NCBI GenBank assembly: GCA_018883125.1
Contig: VEQR01000004.1
Span: 5,963 to 69,962, forward strand
Source: Candidatus Kapaibacterium sp.
GTDB taxonomy: Bacteria > Bacteroidota > Ignavibacteria > Kapaibacteriales > Kapaibacteriaceae
Reading direction: 5' to 3'
Length of the DNA: 64,000 bases
Shown: in pieces, positions 52,869 to 60,982 of the stretch
Layout of the letters: every line of letters begins with the position of its first letter
Position numbering within the stretch: the stretch's first letter is position 1
The notes under the pieces: model-generated
Database searches by the model: none
Told to the model about the DNA's origin: nothing
The model's input: the letters and a program-made list of their open reading frames with translations, nothing else
Made by a program: the position numbers and the translations under genes

Positions 52869-54539
52869 ATGACGCTCGCCGATCTTCGCACTGCCCACGA
52901 GACGACGCTTGATGCTGCAATCAAAGCCAATGCGGAAAGAACCTTTCATGCGCATTGGCCGGAGGCACCAAGCGGGAAGATCTACGGTGAGACGGCCAAC
53001 GACGAGGCTCTTGCACGCTTCCAGTCGCAGCTCAACAACCGATTCGCTCGTCTCGGCGATGCCGATGAATGGATCGGCGAAGAAGTCTCGCCCTACGGTT
53101 TTGATCTCGGCATTACCTATCCGGCCGCTGATGTAGAAACTCTGGTCTCGCGTTCTAGCGCAGCACAGACCGCATGGCAGTCTCTTACTCCATTCGACAG
53201 AGCAACCATCCTGGTTGAGGCCCTTGAGCGTGGGGCTAAGTCGTTCTTCGAAATCGGCTACGCAACACAGCACACTACCGGTCAGGGATTTGTAATGGCC
53301 TTTCAGGCCTCAGGTCCGCATGCATTTGATCGAGCACTGGAAGCAACAGCACTTGGTCTTGCAGCCCAGTCATCCTTCACGCCGGGCGTGATGTGGACGA
53401 AGTCGATGGGGAAGATCAGTGTGAGCATCGAAAAGACGTATCGCATTGTACCTCGCGGAATCAACCTCGTCATTGGTTGCTCTACATTCCCAGTCTGGAA
53501 CACTGTTCCCGGAATGTTTGCCGGCCTTGTCACCGGTAACGCCGTCATTGTGAAGCCCCATTCCGGTGCGGTGTACCCGATCGCGATTGTTGTCGCTGCC
53601 CTGCGCGATGTTCTCGCAGAGCTAGGTATGGATCCCAATATCATCCAAATGGCTGTTGATACGGCTGCCGAGCCCCTTACGCTGCACCTCGTGAAGCACC
53701 CTTCCGTCAGTATCATCGACTATACCGGGGGTCCGGCCTTTGGTGCTGTTGTTGAGAGCGCGGCTACTGAACACCGCAAGGCGGTCTTCACGGAAAAGGC
53801 TGGCGTCAACTGTGTCATTCTCGATTCGACGGAAGATCTCGAGAAAGCAATGGATAATCTGGCCTTCTCGCTGACGTTGTACTCGGGGCAGATGTGTACG
53901 GCTCCGCAAAACATCTTCATCGCCAAGGACGGAATGCTGGTAGGGGGCGAGCATGTATCAGTGGATGCCGTTTCTGCAAAGCTCCGAGAGAAGATCGACG
54001 CACTTGTTTTCAATGAAAAGGCAGGCCCCGGCACACTTGGTGCCGTGCAGAACCCGATCACTGCAGCTCGCGTGGCAGAAGCCGCCGCGCTGGGCTTCGA
54101 AGTTGTTCGAAGCAGCGAACCCGTTACACAACCTGGGTTCGACGGTTCGCGGTCAATGTCTCCCCTTGTGCTGAAGACTGACACCGCGCATGCGGATGTG
54201 TATACAAAGGAGTGGTTCGGTCCGATCTCCTTTATCGTGGTCACCGACAGCTTTGAGGACTCTCTCAACGAGGTCGTCAGCAGTATTCACCAGCACGGTG
54301 CTTTGAGCAGTCTTGTCTATACCACAAACGCTGAGCTTATGCAGACGGCCGAAGACGCGATCGTCTCCGCTGGGGCACCTGTGGCCTTCAACTTCAACAG
54401 CTTTGTCTGGGTGAACCAGTCAGCTGCTTTTAGTGACTTCCATGGAACGGGCTGCACTCCGGCCGGTAACGCCACATTCGCAGATTGGCAGTTTGTGACC
54501 AATCGGTACAATGTGGTGGGTGTGAGGAAGCAGGCTTAG
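52869..54539 (+). CDS. paaN: PaaN-like aldehyde dehydrogenase
   Basis: N-terminus ..ERTFHAHWPEAPSGKIYGE.. and catalytic Cys context YSGQMCTAPQNIF are typical of stand-alone PaaN-type ALDHs. Confidence 0.7.
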   Translation: MTLADLRTAHETTLDAAIKANAERTFHAHWPEAPSGKIYGETANDEALARFQSQLNNRFARLGDADEWIGEEVSPYGFDLGITYPAADVETLVSRSSAAQTAWQSLTPFDRATILVEALERGAKSFFEIGYATQHTTGQGFVMAFQASGPHAFDRALEATALGLAAQSSFTPGVMWTKSMGKISVSIEKTYRIVPRGINLVIGCSTFPVWNTVPGMFAGLVTGNAVIVKPHSGAVYPIAIVVAALRDVLAELGMDPNIIQMAVDTAAEPLTLHLVKHPSVSIIDYTGGPAFGAVVESAATEHRKAVFTEKAGVNCVILDSTEDLEKAMDNLAFSLTLYSGQMCTAPQNIFIAKDGMLVGGEHVSVDAVSAKLREKIDALVFNEKAGPGTLGAVQNPITAARVAEAAALGFEVVRSSEPVTQPGFDGSRSMSPLVLKTDTAHADVYTKEWFGPISFIVVTDSFEDSLNEVVSSIHQHGALSSLVYTTNAELMQTAEDAIVSAGAPVAFNFNSFVWVNQSAAFSDFHGTGCTPAGNATFADWQFVTNRYNVVGVRKQA

Positions 54540-54542
54540 TCT

Positions 54543-55676
54543 CTACGCTACCGCCTGCTCAACATCCGCCATCAGGTCCTCGACATCCTCGATGCCGCAG
54601 GAGAGGCGGATCAGGCCTTCGGTGACGCCGAGCCGTTCGCGCTGTTCTTTGGGGATTGAGCCATGCGTCATGCTAACTGGGTGGCAGACGAGTGACTCGA
54701 CTCCGCCAAGGGATTCGGCGAGAGTGAACAGCTTGAGCTTGTTTGTTACTTCAATGGCGCGTTCACGGGACCCGAGTTCAATGGAGATCATTCCACCGAA
54801 CACCGACATCTGACGCTTGGCAAGCTCGTGTTGCGGATGGTTCGTAAGGCCAGGATAATGCGTTGCCAGGATCTTGGAATGCTGACCGCAGAACTCGGCA
54901 ATACGCTGAGCATTTGAACTGTGGCGATCCATCCGAACGGGAAGGGTCTTCGCCGACCGCAATAGAAGCCAGCAGTCAAAGGGGCCCGGCACAGCGCCTG
55001 CCGCATTTTGAATGAAGCCGAGTTGTTCGGCAATGGACTCGTCGTTTGTCGTCACAATGCCGCTAACAAGGTCACTGTGTCCGCCGAGGTATTTCGTTGC
55101 GGAATGGACAACGATTGAAGCTCCCATTTCCAGAGGTCGCTGTGCGTACGGGGTGGCGAAGGTGTTGTCGACCACCATATAGCAGTGCGCCTGGCGGGCG
55201 ATCGAGGAGATTGCCGCAATGTCCGTTATCGTCATCATCGGATTCGTGGGCGTTTCCGTGTAGATCATCTTCGTGTTCGGGCGCACTGCATTGGCCACAT
55301 TCACGGGGTCACGCATATCCACGTAGGAGAAGTCCAAACCGAATCGACGGAGAATCCTCTCGGCCAGACGGAAGGTGCCCCCGTACATGTCTTCGGCCAT
55401 TATCACATGATCTCCGGATGACATCAGGCGCATGATTGCATCGATAGCGGCTAGCCCGCTTCCAAAGGCGAAGGCGTCAATGCCCCCTTCCATCGCGGCC
55501 AGATTATCTTCCCATGCAAAGCGTGTCGGGTTTTGGGTTCGGGCATACTCAAATCCGGTATGGCGGCCGATCTCATGCTGGGCATAGGTTGAGGTTTGGA
55601 ATAACGGCACTGTAACGGCGCCAGTTTTTTCTTCGGGTTCCTGGCCGATGTGGATGGCCTTGGTGGCAAACTTCAT
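54543..55676 (-). CDS. Cys/Met-metabolism PLP enzyme (cystathionine gamma-synthase / beta-lyase family)
   Basis: MKFATKAIHIGQEPE.. N-terminus and PLP-lysine motif HSATKYLGGHSD. Confidence 0.85.
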   Translation of the reverse strand: MKFATKAIHIGQEPEEKTGAVTVPLFQTSTYAQHEIGRHTGFEYARTQNPTRFAWEDNLAAMEGGIDAFAFGSGLAAIDAIMRLMSSGDHVIMAEDMYGGTFRLAERILRRFGLDFSYVDMRDPVNVANAVRPNTKMIYTETPTNPMMTITDIAAISSIARQAHCYMVVDNTFATPYAQRPLEMGASIVVHSATKYLGGHSDLVSGIVTTNDESIAEQLGFIQNAAGAVPGPFDCWLLLRSAKTLPVRMDRHSSNAQRIAEFCGQHSKILATHYPGLTNHPQHELAKRQMSVFGGMISIELGSRERAIEVTNKLKLFTLAESLGGVESLVCHPVSMTHGSIPKEQRERLGVTEGLIRLSCGIEDVEDLMADVEQAVA

Positions 55677-55687
55677 GGCAACTCCTT

Positions 55688-55719
55688 CAAACGAAACGAG
55701 CCACCAAAGGCGGCTCGTG
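55688..55719 (-). terminator. Rho-independent terminator
   Basis: Stem ACGAGCCACC / GGCGGCTCGT (one mismatch). The minus strand continues TTTCGTTTG. Confidence 0.55.
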
Positions 55720-55743
55720 AAATGATCAATCGAGAGTAGGTTG

Positions 55744-56268
55744 TTATCGACTAAAGAAGAACTTTTCGGCCTTCCGGAAGTTGTTGCCCTGCATCACACA
55801 CATGTAGACGCCTTCGGGCAGGTCAGACACGGACTGCGCATGCTCATGGATGCCGCGGGCTGAGGCGCCTTTGTACACTTCCATGACACGCTTGCCAAGC
55901 ATGTTGAAGATTGCAATGTCGACAAGGGGCTCGTCTGTTGCCATCTCGATCTTGGCCGTGAACACTTCAGCTGCAACTCGGGTTGAAATGATGCGCGGTG
56001 CCGCAACGCTGGAGTCCCGGCCCATGGCGGTCTTGCCCTGTGCGCGCATTTCCGCGCCGTCCCTGCGGGCCGTCAGCGTGCGCAGAGCGCTACTCACAGC
56101 ACGGTTTACCGGGGAATAGCTACCGCCTGTTGACGATTTTGTCGGCACCCGAGACGTAGTCCCACGCTTGTCGTTTTCGGCGTGAGCCGGCATCGACAAT
56201 GCGCCCAGCATGAGCACTGTAAAAAGTGCACTGAGGAACGGGGCTATATGTTGGCGAAGTGGCTTCAT
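55744..56268 (-). CDS. Small secreted protein consisting of little more than a T9SS CTD
   Basis: Signal peptide MKPLRQHIAPFLSALFTVLMLGALSMPAHA from ATG at 56268. C-terminus ..IAIFNMLGKRVMEV..LPEGVYMCVMQGNNFRKAEKFFFSR. Confidence 0.6.
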   Translation of the reverse strand: MKPLRQHIAPFLSALFTVLMLGALSMPAHAENDKRGTTSRVPTKSSTGGSYSPVNRAVSSALRTLTARRDGAEMRAQGKTAMGRDSSVAAPRIISTRVAAEVFTAKIEMATDEPLVDIAIFNMLGKRVMEVYKGASARGIHEHAQSVSDLPEGVYMCVMQGNNFRKAEKFFFSR

Positions 56269-56365
56269 CCGCTCTGCAAGATAACGAACCAAAATGCAAC
56301 AACCAATAATCATGCCAGAGGCCACCAGCAGTGCGCTCCGAGTGTGCCCGGAAAAGTCAGGGGTC

Positions 56366-56401
56366 TGAAAAAGAAAACGGCGACCCATAGGGGTCGCCGT
56401 T
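56366..56401 (-). terminator. Rho-independent terminator of the giant cargo gene
   Basis: Stem AACGGCGACCC (56376-56386) / GGGTCGCCGTT (56391-56401). The minus strand continues TTTTCTTTTTCAG. Confidence 0.85.
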
Positions 56402-56427
56402 GAAGCTTCTAAGGATTGTGCTGACTC

Positions 56428-59400
56428 TTAATCAGCGATCATCAGACGCTGTGTCTGGTCGAACTCTACGGTGCGCATACGCACGAAGTATGCACCTGAA
56501 CCCAGACCCTGAGTATCGAAGCTCAGATCATACTCACCCACCTGCAACTTGGAGCTGACAAGCGTGCGAACCACCGCCCCTTGAGCATTGATCAGCTCAA
56601 TGGTGGTTGGCGCAGAGATGCCCACGCCGAACGTGAGCTTGGCAACACCTGAGCTGACCGGGTTAGGAGAAACCGGGGAGATCATTGAGCGGGCCGAGGA
56701 GATCTCGACAACGCGACGGGAAATTGCGCAGTTGAAGATTGCGGTCGAATCACCAGACGTTGATGGCACCAGACATGGACGCCCGAGATCGATCTGCAGA
56801 TCTTGCTTTGCCGAAAGCTTGTCGGTAAGCAGAAGCGATGTGCCAAAGGAGAAGATCGGACCGTTTGTGGCGATACGATTCTGACCCGTACAGGTGAACG
56901 TCAGCTTCGAAACAGATGGCGAAACAACGGCAATTGTTGGATTGCTGATGAGCCAACCAGGTGCGGCGGCAAGCGTCTGTACCGTGTTGGCTTCGAAACC
57001 GATCGTCGCTGGGTCAAAAAGCACTTCGGCCGTGAATGAACGCAGGTTGGCGCTGGCCCAGTCATTGGAAGTTCCGCTGACCGTGAAGTTGACGCGCGAA
57101 CCAGGGTTGCGACTTTCGCTGCCTGCCAGGTCATTGGTGAGATTCATCGTCACTGGGACAACGAATCCAACGCCTGTCATCTTTGCCACAACTGTCTTGA
57201 ATGATGTTGCTTCACCCTGAGCATAGCCGTCGATCTCGAACTGGGCGGAATAGTTGTTGTCAGCCCATGGAGCCGCATTTGGCAACGTCGGCGTGAACTG
57301 CACGCGAACGGTAAATGTCTGGCCCGCCGTCAGGATGAGCGGGAACGCCACCGGCTGACTGTTCACGTCAAGAACCTGGACGATCTTGAAGGCTGCTGCA
57401 TCTGGACCCTTGGCGCGAATGTCCTTGATCTCAAGGGGCTTCAGCGAGCCACTTGGATTGTTGATCTTGAATTCCTTGGTCGGTTGATCGCAGTTCGCAA
57501 GATTCCGTCCGAAGTCCAGATCCTCTGTTGTGATGTCTGGCGAAGAGCACGAAGCAACCGATATGCGCTGTGTGTGCGGTCCAACCGGTGCCAGCGTCGT
57601 TGCGTCAACACCAGTTCCCGGCGTAGCATCATGCACAACTTCGATGTCTGCCGTCGTTGCACTGCCATTGCCGATTGGGCGCGTGTAGGCGACCGTTATC
57701 GGGTAGGTTCCGCCGTTTTCGCGAACCGTTACAGGGAAGGTCGGTGCTGTGATAAGAGCATATCCTGCCGGAGCTCCGGCCACAAGGCTGATGTTTGTGA
57801 TCGTCAGTGGCATGGTGCCACCGTTGGTCAGCGTGATGTCGCGACGAACTTCATCACCTTCTGGAGTCTCCGCACACGTGAGGGTGATCGGATTAGAGTT
57901 GATCTTTGGAATGATGCCCTCGCCGATCAGACGAGATGTGCGGGCATCTTGCGTAGTTGACCAGACAGGCTGGATCTCAACATTGTAGATCTGCTCGGCA
58001 TCCGGACGGAAGAACACCTCAACGTCTGCTGTGTCGCCCTTCAGTGCGACCGTGGTGACGGTTGTTCCGTTTTTCTTGATGTCGCCGATCTTAAAGACGA
58101 AGTTGTTCTCGTTCGATCCGGCTGGGTAATACTTGCCCCCTGACAAGAAGTTGACATCGTTGAGCGTGATCTCCTGGTTGCCTGTGTTGTACACCCGCAC
58201 CGTCCATGGGTGACGAGTTCCTACGCGGCGCTTGAGCCAGTCGTAGCCGGTGATGCCAGGGCCCGGCGTCTGAGTGTTGCCGGTCCACTTGGAAACAGAG
58301 TCCGGACCATCGCCATTGCTGCTGAAGGTCACGTCTTTTGTTTCGTCGATGACCTTGTCGCTGACAAAGCAGACATCCTTCAGTTCCACGGAGCCCTTTG
58401 GCGGAATGATGATCGGCAGGGCTGGCGTGAAACCGGCAGACAGCGAGAATGCCGATGGATCGTATCCAGTGATGCTGGTTATCACCAGCGTATCAGAGCC
58501 CGGATTTTCAATGAGTACTCCTGCGCAATACTTCTCGTTCAGACCTCTCGTACCGGCATCAAAGTCGCGAACCTTGATGCGTGGGATTGCGGCCACACCC
58601 TGCAGGCCGTGCTTAAACTGACCGCAACCCGTTGTGACAATGAGCGTATCCTTGTCCCAGTCCTTCAAGATGTCTGTTGTCTCGCGTGTTCCCAGGTATT
58701 GAATGTCGAATGTGTAGGTACCACGGGCCGGGATCTTGACCTCCTGGCCATTAGGGATTGCCCCCGATACCAGCTTGAAGTACGTTCCAAGTTTGATCTT
58801 CGAACTCGTGAGCTTGACCTCTGCGTCCTGGTTGTTCGTTACCGTAAGCGTCAGGGTCTTGTTTGCCCCTAACCGAAGCTTGCCAAAGTCGAGCGGGTTT
58901 GGCACGAAAGCGATCTTGTCGGCAAAGTAGGTGCAGGTGTCAACGGTGATGTTTCCGGCGAAGTCCGCCACGAAATAGATAGCCCGTGCATCCTTGCTCT
59001 TGTCGATTACCTGCCACTCGTATTTGAAACGCTTGTAGGCAACAGCTTGCGGGAAGGTCTGGTCTGTGATGAGCACGAGACGGTAGTTGTAGCTGCCTCT
59101 GCCATCAACAGTATCTATCTGAGCGATACCCGTTTCTACCTGGTCAGTGTCAATCGGCGGAGTCTTTGGAGGGTCAGGAATATTGCGAAGTTCGGTCGCC
59201 TCGAAGGTGTAATCGCCGCAGAGTGAATCACCCTTGATGACAGGGGGCATGGTGTCCACCGAAGTTGTCGGGCGGAAACCTGCCGCAGCCGGCCAGCCGT
59301 AGGCGTCAACGGCACCGAATCCGTAGATGTATCCTCCAAAGCTCACAAGGCCATTGCTCTTGATTCGGTGCGCCCGTGCTTCTGTTCCAAATTCGATGCC

Positions 59401-60786
59401 GGCAAAGTACATGCCGTTGGGCATGCGTGAGAACAGGAGTGACGGCTTGATCGCTTTACCGTTATTCCAGACTGGCTGACCGTCGATCTCCAGCGACTTC
59501 AAGTTTTCGATGAGGTTGGGATCCGACGTATCGGTCTTGACGATGAGATTGAGATAGTGCTTCGTGAACTGACTCATCGTTGGCGACTGGAATATCGTAC
59601 TCGTTATGAACTGCTCTTCCGGAGTAACGCAGAACATGAATGGGTCAAGGATCGGGTCTCCATCCCATGTTGACGAACACGAGTACTGCATGAGGAAGAC
59701 CGGTTTGTTGGCCTCCCATACCGAGAAGCCTTCAACAAGGGCCGTCGGCAGTGTAGCGTTTACTTCGTCTTGGAAGTCGCCCGCATTTATGAGCAGCCCC
59801 CCGCGGCGACCAAGCAGTTTGCCAGTGGTTTTATCGTAAAAGTTGCACGACCATTTCGTCTGGGGTTCCTTGCAGACGATCCGGAAAGCGTCTCCACGCC
59901 CGGCTAGGAGTCGGGCTCGCTGCAGCTCCAGAGATACGTACCGCTTACCCCACGTGTTCACTGGGGGAAGCATCTCGCATAGGTGATTGCGGCCACTGCC
60001 TTGGATGAGCAGATTGGGCATGGTCGTGCGCATGTGAAAGCCGATCACACCAACCGGCTTGTCAGCGTTGATGAGGGTTCCAGTCAAGTCGAACTCGCCT
60101 CGCGTAGTGCCATCGCCGTGGACCATGTAGATCTCGCCTTCGTCAAGGGTCACCGTGATCTGTTCCTTGAGCTTGCGGCCGTTCGCAGTTTGTGCTGCCC
60201 CTTGACCACGGAGAAGGATCTGAAGGGTGGTCGGTTCCTTAGCAATAACAATGAAGCCGCCCGGCCATGGCCTGATTTCTTTGAAGTCTGAGTAGGCACA
60301 CGCGATGTACTCCGTGCCCCAACCGTTTGTGGGAATCGCCATATAGCCGTCGGTGGTCGCCTGTTTGGAGTTGATCACATACACCGAGATCGGCTTGTCG
60401 GAGGTCAGACGCAGCGCTTTCCGCACCGGTATCTCGGCATCGCGATTCTCCATCGACCAATTCAGTACCGGTTTGCCACTCTTGGCATTATCCGATAGGG
60501 TCAGAATTTCCATCGCCTTAATCTTAAATCGCGTCTCCTTGTCACCAGCATAGTCGAACAACTTAACCTCGGCATCAAAGGCCGATGCCACGTAGATTTC
60601 GACGCCCACCGGCGGGTACGCTCCAACCTCATTCGGCGGGATCGTCAGAAAGAACTCCGTGCCTTGGCTGCCGGTATTGAGGATGTTCTCAACGCCCGGC
60701 TTTTTGCGCTGCGCAACGGCCGACGTTGACGCGCCAATGGCAATGGCGGTGACCAATAGAATCAGATAAGCGAAACGCTTAAGCAT
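56428..60786 (-). CDS. Giant T9SS cargo protein (1452 aa): IgGFc-binding-N-terminal-like module, then about 7 ASH/choice-of-anchor-D-like beta-sandwich domains, then a T9SS CTD
   Basis: Start MLKRFAYLILLVTAIAIGASTSAVAQ (ATG at 60786). GTEFFLTIPPNE.., ..SDKPISVYVINSKQATTDGYMAIPTNGWGTEYI... Repeats of the type NPLDFGKLRLGANKTLTLTVTNNQDAEVKLTS. C-terminal ..GAVVRTLVSSKLQVGEYDLSFDTQGLGSGAYFVRMRT... Confidence 0.8.
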   Translation of the reverse strand: MLKRFAYLILLVTAIAIGASTSAVAQRKKPGVENILNTGSQGTEFFLTIPPNEVGAYPPVGVEIYVASAFDAEVKLFDYAGDKETRFKIKAMEILTLSDNAKSGKPVLNWSMENRDAEIPVRKALRLTSDKPISVYVINSKQATTDGYMAIPTNGWGTEYIACAYSDFKEIRPWPGGFIVIAKEPTTLQILLRGQGAAQTANGRKLKEQITVTLDEGEIYMVHGDGTTRGEFDLTGTLINADKPVGVIGFHMRTTMPNLLIQGSGRNHLCEMLPPVNTWGKRYVSLELQRARLLAGRGDAFRIVCKEPQTKWSCNFYDKTTGKLLGRRGGLLINAGDFQDEVNATLPTALVEGFSVWEANKPVFLMQYSCSSTWDGDPILDPFMFCVTPEEQFITSTIFQSPTMSQFTKHYLNLIVKTDTSDPNLIENLKSLEIDGQPVWNNGKAIKPSLLFSRMPNGMYFAGIEFGTEARAHRIKSNGLVSFGGYIYGFGAVDAYGWPAAAGFRPTTSVDTMPPVIKGDSLCGDYTFEATELRNIPDPPKTPPIDTDQVETGIAQIDTVDGRGSYNYRLVLITDQTFPQAVAYKRFKYEWQVIDKSKDARAIYFVADFAGNITVDTCTYFADKIAFVPNPLDFGKLRLGANKTLTLTVTNNQDAEVKLTSSKIKLGTYFKLVSGAIPNGQEVKIPARGTYTFDIQYLGTRETTDILKDWDKDTLIVTTGCGQFKHGLQGVAAIPRIKVRDFDAGTRGLNEKYCAGVLIENPGSDTLVITSITGYDPSAFSLSAGFTPALPIIIPPKGSVELKDVCFVSDKVIDETKDVTFSSNGDGPDSVSKWTGNTQTPGPGITGYDWLKRRVGTRHPWTVRVYNTGNQEITLNDVNFLSGGKYYPAGSNENNFVFKIGDIKKNGTTVTTVALKGDTADVEVFFRPDAEQIYNVEIQPVWSTTQDARTSRLIGEGIIPKINSNPITLTCAETPEGDEVRRDITLTNGGTMPLTITNISLVAGAPAGYALITAPTFPVTVRENGGTYPITVAYTRPIGNGSATTADIEVVHDATPGTGVDATTLAPVGPHTQRISVASCSSPDITTEDLDFGRNLANCDQPTKEFKINNPSGSLKPLEIKDIRAKGPDAAAFKIVQVLDVNSQPVAFPLILTAGQTFTVRVQFTPTLPNAAPWADNNYSAQFEIDGYAQGEATSFKTVVAKMTGVGFVVPVTMNLTNDLAGSESRNPGSRVNFTVSGTSNDWASANLRSFTAEVLFDPATIGFEANTVQTLAAAPGWLISNPTIAVVSPSVSKLTFTCTGQNRIATNGPIFSFGTSLLLTDKLSAKQDLQIDLGRPCLVPSTSGDSTAIFNCAISRRVVEISSARSMISPVSPNPVSSGVAKLTFGVGISAPTTIELINAQGAVVRTLVSSKLQVGEYDLSFDTQGLGSGAYFVRMRTVEFDQTQRLMIAD

Positions 60787-60982
60787 GAAGCCTCCAAACG
60801 AAAAAATGTCGTTTTCAGAGCAGGTGAGCATGGACGGCCCTGCATGCTCTGGAGTCGCATGCAAAGACACGCTTCCCCAGGCAAGAGACCTATCTCTCAC
60901 CCCATAACCCGATAATAAACAAAAAGTTGCTACAGGGGTTCCATTTTCCCGGCCGGAAATTTCCCTAAAATTGGTGCCCTCG

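Noticed and set aside
55677-55743. SAM or other riboswitch upstream of the Cys/Met PLP enzyme, and a cobalamin riboswitch upstream of the TonB receptor (10415-10503)
   Set aside because: The leaders are only about 65-90 nt. The first is occupied by the upstream gene's terminator. I could not recognise any conserved riboswitch core sequence.
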